Shown here piece by piece: positions 19,180-28,722 of a stretch of 62,792 nt of DNA. Every line of letters begins with the position of its first letter. Position 1 is the first letter of the stretch. The translations under genes were made by a program, and so were the position numbers. Below the pieces are notes generated by a model. The model saw only the letters and a list, made by a program, of their open reading frames with translations. It did not search any database and had not been told where the DNA came from. Origin of the DNA: a bacterium (GTDB lineage: Bacteria > Patescibacteriota > Dojkabacteria > JAKAPS01 > JAJZLI01); the NCBI GenBank assembly GCA_021785355.1, contig JAJYFR010000005.1, positions 1 through 62,792 on the forward strand, given 5' to 3'.

Positions 19180-20296
19180 AAAATTACGAAGATATGAAGC
19201 TGATATTCTAAGAGGAGTTACCATATTCTCTGTAATGGGAATGCATACAGTTGCAACCATAACATATATAGATACAAATAATACATATCTATATATTCAA
19301 TATCTTATAATATTACTATTTAGATATAATAGACAAGTCTTTATTTTCATAACAGCATTTATACTAGTATATATATATAACAGACCTGATTTTAATGTAA
19401 GAGAATTTTTTAAAAAAAGAATTTTCTCAATTATAATACCCTATATAATCTGGAGTATTATATATGTCTTTATATTTAATAGACATGCAACTTTATGGAA
19501 ATATATATATGATATACTTACAGGCTCTGCTTATTATCAATTGTACTATATCCTTCTTGCAATTCAATTATATCTACTCTTACCATTTTTTATAAAAATA
19601 CTAAATAAACTTAAAGATAAAACAGTAATAACCCTTACAATTGTTAGCATAATTCAAATTTTAATTATAAGCTACACTTACTTTTATTTAAAAAATATAC
19701 CAGATAAATCAACCTTAGATAATATAATATTAGCAATTCAAGATAAATTCATACTCTTCTATATAGGATATATATTTATGGGAGGATTTATAGCTTTGCA
19801 TATAAATAAATTTGAGAGAGAAGTAAAAAAATATATAAAACAAATATATGTATTTTTTGCACTATCATTTATAGCAACAATTCTCTCATATATAATAGAG
19901 ACAAAAATATTCAACCAATCTATCTATTATGCATCTTCCTTTATGCAACCTATGATAATTATATATAGTATATCTATAATACTATTATTTTTTTCTATCA
20001 CACTTAATTTTATAAATAAAACAAAAGATATTAATAATAATAAAATAATAAAATTCATTTTTTTAGTCTCTGAAAGTTCTTTTGGTCTATATCTTATACA
20101 TCCAATAATTTTAGATATAATATCTTATCTTTTATATTTTCTAAGATTATATATACCAGGAGTAATACTTGTAATATTAGGATGGTTTATAACATTTTTA
20201 ATTTCTCTTTTAATAGTAGTTATAGCCCTAAATATTCCTTATATTAATTTTCTAGTAGGGAAGTTCAAGAGAAAAATAGATTTATTTAATGCTTAA
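19157..20296 (+). CDS. Acyltransferase-3 family membrane protein, paralog of 14757-15947
   Basis: It shares long identical blocks with 14757-15947, for example RYNRQxFIFITAF, IIPYIIWSIIYV and YQLYYILLAIQLYxLLPFFIKILNKLKDK. Confidence 0.8.
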   Translation: MMIKKQSKKLRRYEADILRGVTIFSVMGMHTVATITYIDTNNTYLYIQYLIILLFRYNRQVFIFITAFILVYIYNRPDFNVREFFKKRIFSIIIPYIIWSIIYVFIFNRHATLWKYIYDILTGSAYYQLYYILLAIQLYLLLPFFIKILNKLKDKTVITLTIVSIIQILIISYTYFYLKNIPDKSTLDNIILAIQDKFILFYIGYIFMGGFIALHINKFEREVKKYIKQIYVFFALSFIATILSYIIETKIFNQSIYYASSFMQPMIIIYSISIILLFFSITLNFINKTKDINNNKIIKFIFLVSESSFGLYLIHPIILDIISYLLYFLRLYIPGVILVILGWFITFLISLLIVVIALNIPYINFLVGKFKRKIDLFNA

Positions 20297-21203
20297 AAAA
20301 ATAATTATGAATGAAAAAAAAAGATTTAACATAAAAGATATAAGTTCAAAAGAAATATCTTCTCATATAATTTTTGAAGATAAAAATAAAATACCAAATA
20401 TGATTTGTGGTATAGCACCTTGTAGAACTGGAACTACAGCTCAATTAAAAGTTTTTGCAGGAGGAGAAATAGACGCTTACTATCAACCTATAAAAAGTAT
20501 ATTAAGACGTATTGCATTTGATTCTGATTATGAAGATTTTATAATACCTAGCAAAGATATAATTTTTATAAAAGAAACAATAGGTCCATATTCTTATGCA
20601 GAATCTAAATTTAATCCTATTGAAGTATTAGAAAATATTAACTATCCTAAATCAAAACTGAAATTAATATTTGAAATGAGAGATCCTATAGATGCGTATC
20701 TTTCGTGGATTAATCAATTTTTATCACATGAAGAATATAGAGAACAGATGCTTGATTTATTTATATTATCATATAAAACAGTTAACGATATGATAGATAT
20801 AGCAAAGAAAAATAGCTATATATCTATACCTTATATTTATGAGTCTATAAAAGATAATATCCCTGAGGATGTTATATCAAAATTATTTAAACTACTTGAT
20901 ATTGAATTTAGAGAAAGTGCTATTAGAGGATGGGATAACAAAGATATTGAATCTAAAATTCATTTTGCAAAAGAACCTGAGGTTTATGAACCGTTGAATT
21001 TACATGATGAAATGAAAAAATCTGAAGGATTGAAATATAATGCAAAACCAATCGAATATATCAAATCAATTCTAAGAAAAGATGAGATAGAAAAAATACA
21101 AAAAAGTGAAATATATTCTATATATCAAAAACTCATAGAAGAACAAGAAAAGGTTTTTGATATAAAAATTAATAAAGATTTTAGAATAAAGTATTTATTA
21201 TAA
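20289..21203 (+). CDS. Sulfotransferase family protein (putative PAPS-dependent)
   Basis: A 5'-PSB-like motif (IAPCRTGTTAQL, compare PKxGTTxL) and a 3'-PB-like motif (MRDPIDAYLSW, compare RxPxDxxxS). It lies in the same locus as the PAPS synthase. Confidence 0.6.
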   Translation: MLKKIIMNEKKRFNIKDISSKEISSHIIFEDKNKIPNMICGIAPCRTGTTAQLKVFAGGEIDAYYQPIKSILRRIAFDSDYEDFIIPSKDIIFIKETIGPYSYAESKFNPIEVLENINYPKSKLKLIFEMRDPIDAYLSWINQFLSHEEYREQMLDLFILSYKTVNDMIDIAKKNSYISIPYIYESIKDNIPEDVISKLFKLLDIEFRESAIRGWDNKDIESKIHFAKEPEVYEPLNLHDEMKKSEGLKYNAKPIEYIKSILRKDEIEKIQKSEIYSIYQKLIEEQEKVFDIKINKDFRIKYLL

Positions 21204-21263
21204 TTAAAAACTTTTAACTACTAAATTTTGATAAGAAGTTTTTATATGTAGGTATAGAAAAAT
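21178..21263. repeat. 86-nt direct repeat, copy A (left boundary of the VapBC cassette)
   Basis: Near-identical to 21982-22068, with about 4 mismatches and 1 indel. It contains the sulfotransferase stop. On the minus strand it holds an orphan duplicate of the 3' end of gene 22019-22693 (FSIPTYKNFLSKFSS*). Confidence 0.85.
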
Positions 21264-21297
21264 TATATCTTCATATATATGTGATATACATAAAAAT

Positions 21298-21326
21298 TTG
21301 ACCGACATATATGTATGATGTATAAT
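21298..21326 (+). promoter_or_regulatory. Near-consensus sigma-70 promoter of vapBC
   Basis: TTGACC-N17-TATAAT. The spacer contains the palindrome ACATATATGT. The -10 ends 9 nt before the vapB ATG at 21336. Confidence 0.6.
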
Positions 21327-21335
21327 TCATATATT

Positions 21336-21584
21336 ATGATTAGAACACAGATTTATATACCTGAAAATTTACATAAAAAACTTATATATTTAGCCGAGAA
21401 AAAAAATAAATCTATGGCTGAGTGTATACGTATTTTTATTAAAGAAGGAATCAAAAAAGATGAGACTTTAGATATTAGTGGAAAAGATGTATTAAAAAAG
21501 ATATCTCTTTTAAACTTTGTTGGAGGGAATAAAGATATGTCTTCTAAAATAGATGAAATTATATATGGTAATGGAAAAAAATAG
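21336..21584 (+). CDS. vapB: Ribbon-helix-helix (CopG-like) antitoxin
   Basis: MIRTQIYIPENLHKKLIYLAEKKNKSMAECIRIFIKEG shows the RHH pattern. I prefer the start at 21336 because the longer ORF from 21315 would include the promoter -10. Confidence 0.65.
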   Translation: MIRTQIYIPENLHKKLIYLAEKKNKSMAECIRIFIKEGIKKDETLDISGKDVLKKISLLNFVGGNKDMSSKIDEIIYGNGKK

Positions 21585-21993
21585 TAAAAGAGTAATTTTT
21601 ATTGATTCAGACATATTTATAGCATTATCCAAAAGTGATGACAGTAACCATGATAAAGCTTTAAAAATTCTGAATAAATTCTTTGATGAAATTATTTTTA
21701 CTACATCTAATTATGTAATATCTGAGGTGATTACAGTTTTAAGTATGCAATTGGGTCATTCTCAAGCCTTAGATTTTATCAATACAATTAAATCTGAAGA
21801 AAACATATTCTCAATAAATTGGGTAGATGATAAAGTTGAAAACTTGGCGATAGAAATTTTTAAAAAACAAACATCAAAAAATACAAGCTTCACTGATTGC
21901 ACTAATATGGCCTTTATAGAAATGTTAAAATTGGATGGAATATTTAGCTTTGATAGTGTCTATAAGAAAAATAAATGTGTCATTTTAGAATAA
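21571..21993 (+). CDS. vapC: PIN-domain toxin (VapC family)
   Basis: VIFIDSDIFIAL (first acidic residue), a central SEV and FTDCTNMAFIE. It overlaps the antitoxin 3' end. The start could also be 21553. Confidence 0.7.
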   Translation: MEKNSKRVIFIDSDIFIALSKSDDSNHDKALKILNKFFDEIIFTTSNYVISEVITVLSMQLGHSQALDFINTIKSEENIFSINWVDDKVENLAIEIFKKQTSKNTSFTDCTNMAFIEMLKLDGIFSFDSVYKKNKCVILE

Positions 21994-22068
21994 AGTATTT
22001 ATTATAATTAAAAAATCTTTAATTACTAAATTTTGATAAGAAGTTTTTATATGCAGGTATAGAAAAAT
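21982..22068. repeat. Direct repeat, copy B (right boundary of the VapBC cassette)
   Basis: Matches 21178-21263. It spans the vapC stop and the genuine 3' end of gene 22019-22693 (FSIPAYKNFLSKFSN*). Confidence 0.85.
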
Positions 22069-22693
22069 AATCATCTGAGATAGAATCTAAATATTTTTTA
22101 GATATATCTTTAAATTTTTTAATACCTATTATCTTAGAAAAAACATCTTCTATTTGGGTATATATATTCAAACTTAAATTAATAAATTCTTCCTCTGATA
22201 TATTATTTTTATATATATCTTCATAATTTATATTATAACTACCATTAGCATATAAATTCTTTAGATTAAAAGATAATACTTCATCTATTTTATTAAGAGA
22301 TCCAAATACTTCAATATAATTTTTAATTATATTATTAAGGTATAAGCTATATAAAAATATAGTCTGATATCTATAATCATATGTAAGTAAAATGATAAAT
22401 TTATCTAAATTCTCTTCCTTAAATTTTTCTATTAATAATTTTTTTAGAACAGGAGCATAGTTATCTTTTAGTATAGGAGTATTGTTTTCTTTAATAAACA
22501 ATATTAACTGAGTAGCTATATCAATATATTCAATATGCTTTTTTTTAATATCCTTTTCATATTTATATACCTGGTTGAATTTAGATAAAATATCTCTTAC
22601 CAAAGAAAGATCTTTTATCATTAAAAAGAGATATACAAGTATTTTATCTTCTTTGCTATCGGATATATTAAAATAGATTTGGTCAAAAATCAT
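22019..22693 (-). CDS. Hypothetical protein (predicted all-helical)
   Basis: 224 aa with no recognisable motif. Its start overlaps the stop of 22693-23100 by 1 nt. Confidence 0.6.
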   Translation of the reverse strand: MIFDQIYFNISDSKEDKILVYLFLMIKDLSLVRDILSKFNQVYKYEKDIKKKHIEYIDIATQLILFIKENNTPILKDNYAPVLKKLLIEKFKEENLDKFIILLTYDYRYQTIFLYSLYLNNIIKNYIEVFGSLNKIDEVLSFNLKNLYANGSYNINYEDIYKNNISEEEFINLSLNIYTQIEDVFSKIIGIKKFKDISKKYLDSISDDYFSIPAYKNFLSKFSN

Positions 22694-23100
22694 TAACTTT
22701 TAGATATATTTATAAATTTAAAAGCTGAAATTACAAAAATTATCATTCCTATAAGCATTAATGACATATGTACTAACATATCATAATTCATAGATAAAAT
22801 ATTGAAATAGGTATCTATTGCTGTCCATAGAAAAGCAACTATCATAAACACTATTCCAACTATTATAAATTTAAATGTATTACTAATTTTTCCTCCTAAA
22901 TTTTTTAAACCTAAAGATATTACAACAATAGAATAAATACCAAAAAGTATACCTAATGCAAGGATTATATATAAGATATTATTACTATACACAGTAGTAC
23001 TTGTTGTATTGCTCATATTCATACTTTGAGCATATACATATAAAGGTGATAGTGCTAAAAATAAAATTATAGAAATAATAGAAGTTAATTTAGAAATCAT
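22693..23100 (-). CDS. Hypothetical membrane protein with signal peptide
   Basis: 135 aa. It has an N-terminal signal-like helix (ILFLALSPLYVYA/QS) and three further TM helices. Confidence 0.6.
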   Translation of the reverse strand: MISKLTSIISIILFLALSPLYVYAQSMNMSNTTSTTVYSNNILYIILALGILFGIYSIVVISLGLKNLGGKISNTFKFIIVGIVFMIVAFLWTAIDTYFNILSMNYDMLVHMSLMLIGMIIFVISAFKFINISKS

Positions 23101-23197
23101 ATTTTTAAATATAAATAAATATCTTGATATAATATTATCAGAACAACAGAATAAAACAATATATAATACCTAAAAAATTTAGGAATAATATCTAAAA

Positions 23198-23584
23198 TTA
23201 ATCTCCAGTAAGATTAACAACATTCTTTCTTTGGAATTCCACAACTTCTTCAAAAAAAGCTTTGATGTCTATTGCATTTTTTTTAAGTATTCTACCAATA
23301 AGAATCTCCGATTTATCCATATGTACAATTCTTATAGTACCAAAAAATATTCCTTCCTCTACAACAACTTTATCTATAGTTTTTACACCTATCACATCCA
23401 CAGTCTTTGTTATTCCACGTATATGGAATACAGTTTTTTCTATTGATCTTGCCTGTATAAAATATTGTATAGGAGATATTGGAGTAAGAATTCCTGGAGT
23501 CCTTATAGTCAAAGACTTTGATAAAATTTCATCTTGTGTGTTATTATTGTTATCGTTGTTATTATTATTTGTTAAAGGATTCAT
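23198..23584 (-). CDS. Hypothetical protein, possibly a bacterial PH-like domain, with a poly-Asn N-terminus
   Basis: 128 aa. It has an NNNNNDNNNN tract. The beta-rich core followed by a terminal helix resembles bPH domains; this is weak and from memory. Confidence 0.5.
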   Translation of the reverse strand: MNPLTNNNNNDNNNNTQDEILSKSLTIRTPGILTPISPIQYFIQARSIEKTVFHIRGITKTVDVIGVKTIDKVVVEEGIFFGTIRIVHMDKSEILIGRILKKNAIDIKAFFEEVVEFQRKNVVNLTGD

Positions 23585-23663
23585 ATACTGTATATAGTAA
23601 TATTTTTGGAAGGAAAAGTCTATTAATCTTAATTTAATCTAATCTGTATAACCTCTTGTACTT

Positions 23664-24800
23664 ATGTATGATAAAAAATCAATTGAACTGCACAAAAAAT
23701 ATAAAGGAAAATTAGAGATACGCTCTGTAATAGATATAAAAGATAAAGAAATATTATCTTTGTTATACACTCCAGGAGTTGGAGCTGTATCTAGAGAAAT
23801 ACACTCACATCCAGAAACTGCATATGATTATACTATTAAAGGAAGAACTGTAGCTGTTGTAACAGATGGATCTGCTGTATTAGGTTTGGGGAATATAGGT
23901 CCTCTTGCTGCAATGCCTGTTATGGAGGGTAAATGTGCTTTATTTAAAAGTTTTGGTAATATAGATGCTGTTCCTATATGTCTTAATGTACATACACCTG
24001 ATGAGATTATAAATGTTATAAAAGCTATATCTCCTGGATTTGGAGGTATTAATTTAGAAGATATAAAAGCACCAGAATGTTTTATTATTGAAAAAGCATT
24101 GCAAGATATAGGAATACCTGTAATGCATGATGATCAACATGGAACTGCAATAGTAACACTAGCAGCTTTAATTAATGCATCTAAAGTAATAGATAAAGAT
24201 ATCAAAGATTTGAAAGTTATAATATCTGGAGTAGGTGCTGCAGGTGTAGCTATATACAGACTACTTACAAATAATAGAATAGGTATACAAAACATAATAA
24301 TGGTAGATTCAAAAGGTATATTATCTAAAGAAAGAACAGATATTGACGGATATAAAAAAGAAATTGCGCTAAACACTAACCCTTTAAATATTAAAGGATC
24401 TATGAAAGATGCCTTAGAGGGTGCTGATGTTTTTATAGGTGTATCTGCACCAAATATATTAACTTCTGATATGATAAATAGTATGAATGAGAAAAAAATA
24501 GTATTTGCTATGGCAAATCCTGATCCTGAAATATCACTTGAAAATGCAAAAAAATTAGGAATAACAGTTTTTGCAACAGGTAGATCTGATATACCTAACC
24601 AAATAAATAATGTCCTTGCATTTCCTGGTATATTCAGAGGCCTTCTAGATAATAAAATTAATAAAATAACAGAAGATATGAAAATAAATGCTTCTTTGAA
24701 AATAGCAGATATGATAAAAACACCTGGAAGAGAGAATATAATTCCATCTGTATTTAATAAAGATGTTGTAAAAGAAGTTGCAAGTGCGTTTAGTAAATAA
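23664..24800 (+). CDS. NAD(P)-dependent malic enzyme (short form)
   Basis: LLYTPGVGAV, VVTDGSAVLGLGNIG and the Rossmann motif ISGVGAAGVA are typical of malic enzymes. Confidence 0.85.
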   Translation: MYDKKSIELHKKYKGKLEIRSVIDIKDKEILSLLYTPGVGAVSREIHSHPETAYDYTIKGRTVAVVTDGSAVLGLGNIGPLAAMPVMEGKCALFKSFGNIDAVPICLNVHTPDEIINVIKAISPGFGGINLEDIKAPECFIIEKALQDIGIPVMHDDQHGTAIVTLAALINASKVIDKDIKDLKVIISGVGAAGVAIYRLLTNNRIGIQNIIMVDSKGILSKERTDIDGYKKEIALNTNPLNIKGSMKDALEGADVFIGVSAPNILTSDMINSMNEKKIVFAMANPDPEISLENAKKLGITVFATGRSDIPNQINNVLAFPGIFRGLLDNKINKITEDMKINASLKIADMIKTPGRENIIPSVFNKDVVKEVASAFSK

Positions 24801-24805
24801 AATAT

Positions 24806-25516
24806 ATGAAAAATAAAATAATACTTGCTGTATCAGCACATGAAGACGATTTAGAATTTGGATGTTCTGGAACTATTGCAAAATGGGTAAAAGAAGGTGC
24901 AAAAGCTTACTATCTAATACTCACAGATGGTAGCAAAGGAAATGAGAATAGAAATCTAACGGATATAGAAATAAAACAAATAAGAGAAAAAGAACAAATT
25001 GAAGCATCTAAAATCATAGGAGTAGAAAAAGTATTCTTTGGAAATTTTACAGATGGAGAATTAAAAGATTCAGATGATGTAAGAAGAAAAATTGTTAGAG
25101 TTATAAGAGAAATAAAACCTGATATTGTTATAGGAATGAATCCTAATGTTATATTTAATGAAGAATTCGGTTTCATTAATCATCCTGATCATATAGAAGC
25201 GGGGAAAGCTACTCTTTTTTCAGTCTATCCTTTTTCAAGAAATATGCATTCTTTTCCAGAACTCTTAAAAGAAGGACTAGAACCTTATAAAGTTAAAGAA
25301 CTCTTACTTATAGCATTTTCCAGAGAGGGTATTAATGAATTTATAGATATTACAGATACTGTTGATATAAAAATCAAAGCTTTAGAAAAACATATTAGCC
25401 AGTATGATGATTTTGATTCTCTGAAAAAAAATATACTAGATAGAAGCTCATTTATAGGAAAAGAAAAAGGTTATAAATATGCAGAAGCTTTCATTAAAAT
25501 AAAAATAAATCAATAG
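24806..25516 (+). CDS. PIG-L/LmbE family deacetylase
   Basis: AHEDDLEFGCSGT (AHPDDE-like) and HPDH metal-binding motifs. Confidence 0.8.
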   Translation: MKNKIILAVSAHEDDLEFGCSGTIAKWVKEGAKAYYLILTDGSKGNENRNLTDIEIKQIREKEQIEASKIIGVEKVFFGNFTDGELKDSDDVRRKIVRVIREIKPDIVIGMNPNVIFNEEFGFINHPDHIEAGKATLFSVYPFSRNMHSFPELLKEGLEPYKVKELLLIAFSREGINEFIDITDTVDIKIKALEKHISQYDDFDSLKKNILDRSSFIGKEKGYKYAEAFIKIKINQ

Positions 25517-25579
25517 AATGATACATATTTACAAATTCTATAGGTTTATGTTATAATTCTATAAATTACAATATTGATT

Positions 25580-26860
25580 ATGGGACCAGAAACATATCCA
25601 CATATACCTGATGATTTCCTTTTTGGAGCTGCTACTGCAGGAGGACAAGTCGAAGGACACCATAATAGTGATTGGGCTGAATCTGAAAAAAGAAATGCAG
25701 AAAAACTTGCTAAAGAAGCTCAATTTAGAGATTATGGAAATGGTAAACTACCAGAAGATGTATGGACAAGACTTGCACCTGAACTTACAGACCCATCAAA
25801 TTATATATCAAAAGAAGCTTGTGGATGGAGAGAAGGGCATTATATAGAAGATTTAGATATAGCACAAACCTTAGGCCTTAAAGCTATAAGGTTTTCAATA
25901 GAAAGATCTTGGACTCAACCTACATCTTCAGATGAATTAAATAAAGAAAGTATATTACATTATCAAAAATTTATTGATGAATGTGAAAAAAGAGGAATAG
26001 AACCTATTCTTACATTTTTTCATTTCACAAATCCTCTATGGATATCAAACAAAGGAGGATGGGAGAATAAAGATATAAGAGATAATTTTAATAGATATAC
26101 TAAATCATTACTACAATCAATAGATAGAGAATTCAAACACGTACTCACAATTAATGAACCTGAAGTATATACTTTTATGGGATGGATTGCAGGAGAATGG
26201 CCAAATGAAGAAAAAAATCTTTTAAAAGCATTTAGAGTAAGAAAAAACTTAATTGAAACTCATAAAAAAATGTACTCTACTATAAAAGAATATGATGACT
26301 CAATATTAGTATCTTCTGCGTTAAATTTACAAGATATAGAATCCTACTCTTCTAAATTATCAGATAGAATAGGTACTACTGTAGCAAATAAAGCATCAAA
26401 TGGCCTGTTTATAGAAAAGATCCTAGATGAAATGGACTTTTTGGCTATAAATCATTATATGCATAATGTACAAAAAGGATTGATACCTGGAAAGTATATT
26501 GATACTGGAGAAAAGAAATCTGATATGGGCTGGAATGTAAACTCAGAAAGTTTATATAGAGTATTATTATCTTTAAAAAAACACAAAAAACCTATAATAA
26601 TAACTGAAAATGGAGTGGCTGATGCACAAGATAGCATAAGACCTCAACAAATAAAAGATGCAATAAATTCTATTAATAGAGCTATAGGTGAAGGTATTGA
26701 TGTAAGAGGATATCTTCATTGGTCACTACTGGATAATATAGAATGGGATAAAGGGGAAGCTATGAGATTTGGTTTGATCGAGATAGATTACAAAACACAA
26801 AAAAGAACTGTAAGAGAAAGTGCAAAGACATATTCCGATATTATCAAAAGTAAAAAATGA
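25580..26860 (+). CDS. Glycoside hydrolase family 1 (beta-glucosidase-like)
   Basis: FGAATAGGQVEG, TINEPEV (acid/base Glu) and ITENG (nucleophile Glu). I prefer the ATG at 25580 over the TTG at 25574. Confidence 0.85.
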   Translation: MGPETYPHIPDDFLFGAATAGGQVEGHHNSDWAESEKRNAEKLAKEAQFRDYGNGKLPEDVWTRLAPELTDPSNYISKEACGWREGHYIEDLDIAQTLGLKAIRFSIERSWTQPTSSDELNKESILHYQKFIDECEKRGIEPILTFFHFTNPLWISNKGGWENKDIRDNFNRYTKSLLQSIDREFKHVLTINEPEVYTFMGWIAGEWPNEEKNLLKAFRVRKNLIETHKKMYSTIKEYDDSILVSSALNLQDIESYSSKLSDRIGTTVANKASNGLFIEKILDEMDFLAINHYMHNVQKGLIPGKYIDTGEKKSDMGWNVNSESLYRVLLSLKKHKKPIIITENGVADAQDSIRPQQIKDAINSINRAIGEGIDVRGYLHWSLLDNIEWDKGEAMRFGLIEIDYKTQKRTVRESAKTYSDIIKSKK

Positions 26861-27294
26861 AAATTCCAATACCACCTATATTATTTGTATTTTTAATTAT
26901 TCTTTCATTCCTTCTAAAAATATTTTTTCCTATATATACAATACCCACAATTTATCCTTTTTCTATTATATTTTTAATCACAGGTATTTTTTTTATATTA
27001 GACGCTATTTATCTTATATATAAAAATAAAACAACTATAGATCCTAGTGAGACACCAAGTACGCTAATTGAGAAAGGAGTATTTTCTATTTCACGTAATC
27101 CTATATATTTAGGAATGCTTTTTATTCTATTTAGTACAGATATCTATTTATCTAGTTTATCTTCATTTATAAATCTTTTTATCTTTTTCTATATTATTAA
27201 TAATTTTGTAATAAAAATAGAAGAAAAGAATATTGAAAAGAAATTTAAAAAAATATATATAGATTATAAAAATAATGTAAAAAAGTGGATATAA
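26857..27294 (+). CDS. Isoprenylcysteine carboxyl / phospholipid methyltransferase family membrane protein
   Basis: GVFSISRNPIYLGMLFIL is the family signature. There are 4 TM helices, and the start overlaps the GH1 stop as ATGA. Confidence 0.7.
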   Translation: MKIPIPPILFVFLIILSFLLKIFFPIYTIPTIYPFSIIFLITGIFFILDAIYLIYKNKTTIDPSETPSTLIEKGVFSISRNPIYLGMLFILFSTDIYLSSLSSFINLFIFFYIINNFVIKIEEKNIEKKFKKIYIDYKNNVKKWI

Positions 27295-27362
27295 ATATCC
27301 TATACTATTAATTAATAATATATAGTATAATTCAATTAAAATTAATTTTAGTAGCACAAAAT

Positions 27363-28706
27363 ATGAATAAAAAAACTAAATATATAGGTATAGTACTAGT
27401 AATTATTATTGCTATTATAATAGTAGTTATAATTCAAAAAAATACTCCTATAAAACCTCTGACAACATATTCATATGGAAACTATAATCAATATTCTAAC
27501 GATGGAGATAATAATAATGTAACAACGGAAATAAAAAATAACTTTATATCTAAGGTCATTAAAGCTAAAAATATAAATGGATTTGGTTTTGATACAACTC
27601 CTATAATATCGGGAGATTCTATATATATAGGAACAATGAATAAATCCAATATGACTGGAAATTTGCTTTCAATAAACAGGTTTAACTTTAATGTAAATTG
27701 GAATGATCATTTTTCAAATTGGGTTATGACAAACCCTGTAGTAGTTGCTTCAAAGAGTATGGTCTATATAGGTACAGGGAACAGTATAAAATATAAATTG
27801 GATTCAAAAGGAAATGTTTTATACAGAGGTTTAGGTTCAAATTATATATATGGAATAAGTATTGATACTGGAAAAATTATGTGGAAATATAAAACTCCTG
27901 GAGAAGATATGCCAACACCTGTATATTCTAATAATGTACTCTATTTTGCTAATGGAAATAAAGAATTTTATGCATTAAATGCTCAAACTGGAAAATTAGA
28001 ATGGAAAATAAATATAGGTTCAATCGTATCTATGTCATCTCTACTTCTTGTAGGAAACAATATCTATTTTGGAGGAGCTTCTCCTTATACTTTCTTTGAT
28101 GTAAATATAAATACTCATAAAATTCAGTGGTCAGATGTATTTCCTAAAATAACAGGAGGATTGGATGACACAACACCTACATATTCTAATGGATATGTAT
28201 ATACAAATGCTACAAGACTAATTGGTCAAACTATAAAAAATCAAGGTTATGAATATTTATATAAAATTAATGCTTCAACTGGAAAAATAATATGGACTAT
28301 AAATGAAGGAAAAGGAACTATAAATTTACCTACAGATCCTATGGAAGGAAGTGTTTCTACTATAGTAAACAATATACTTTATACTTCATCTAATACATCT
28401 AGAAGAATATTTGCAGTGAATGTAGATACACAAAAAAATTTATGGTCATTTGGAATTAATAGTATGATAAATGCTCCATTTATAATAAAAAATAATTTAA
28501 TATATGCTATTACTACTTCAGGAAATATATATCTATTAAATCCTTTAAATGGAGAATTTATAGCAAAAAGAAGTCTAGGAGGACCTGAAATTGCATCAGG
28601 ATTAACTCTGTACAATAATCATATTTATGTAGCAACAGGTAACGGGAATTTATATAACTTAAGTAACTCAAATACTTCTAATAAAGTTACAAGTAGTACA
28701 AAATAA
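27363..28706 (+). CDS. PQQ-like beta-propeller repeat protein, membrane-anchored
   Basis: An N-terminal TM helix is followed by repeated motifs: YALNAQTGKLEWK, SIDTGKIMWKY and NASTGKIIWT. It is a paralog of 45238-46617. Confidence 0.75.
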   Translation: MNKKTKYIGIVLVIIIAIIIVVIIQKNTPIKPLTTYSYGNYNQYSNDGDNNNVTTEIKNNFISKVIKAKNINGFGFDTTPIISGDSIYIGTMNKSNMTGNLLSINRFNFNVNWNDHFSNWVMTNPVVVASKSMVYIGTGNSIKYKLDSKGNVLYRGLGSNYIYGISIDTGKIMWKYKTPGEDMPTPVYSNNVLYFANGNKEFYALNAQTGKLEWKINIGSIVSMSSLLLVGNNIYFGGASPYTFFDVNINTHKIQWSDVFPKITGGLDDTTPTYSNGYVYTNATRLIGQTIKNQGYEYLYKINASTGKIIWTINEGKGTINLPTDPMEGSVSTIVNNILYTSSNTSRRIFAVNVDTQKNLWSFGINSMINAPFIIKNNLIYAITTSGNIYLLNPLNGEFIAKRSLGGPEIASGLTLYNNHIYVATGNGNLYNLSNSNTSNKVTSSTK

Positions 28707-28722
28707 TCCAAGGGGAATAGTT

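Noticed and set aside
27363-28706. The two PQQ-like beta-propeller paralogs (27363-28706 and 45238-46617) as a candidate novel system.
   Set aside because: They are common membrane-anchored propeller proteins with no shared neighbouring genes and no shared regulatory motif that I could see. They are reported only as features.
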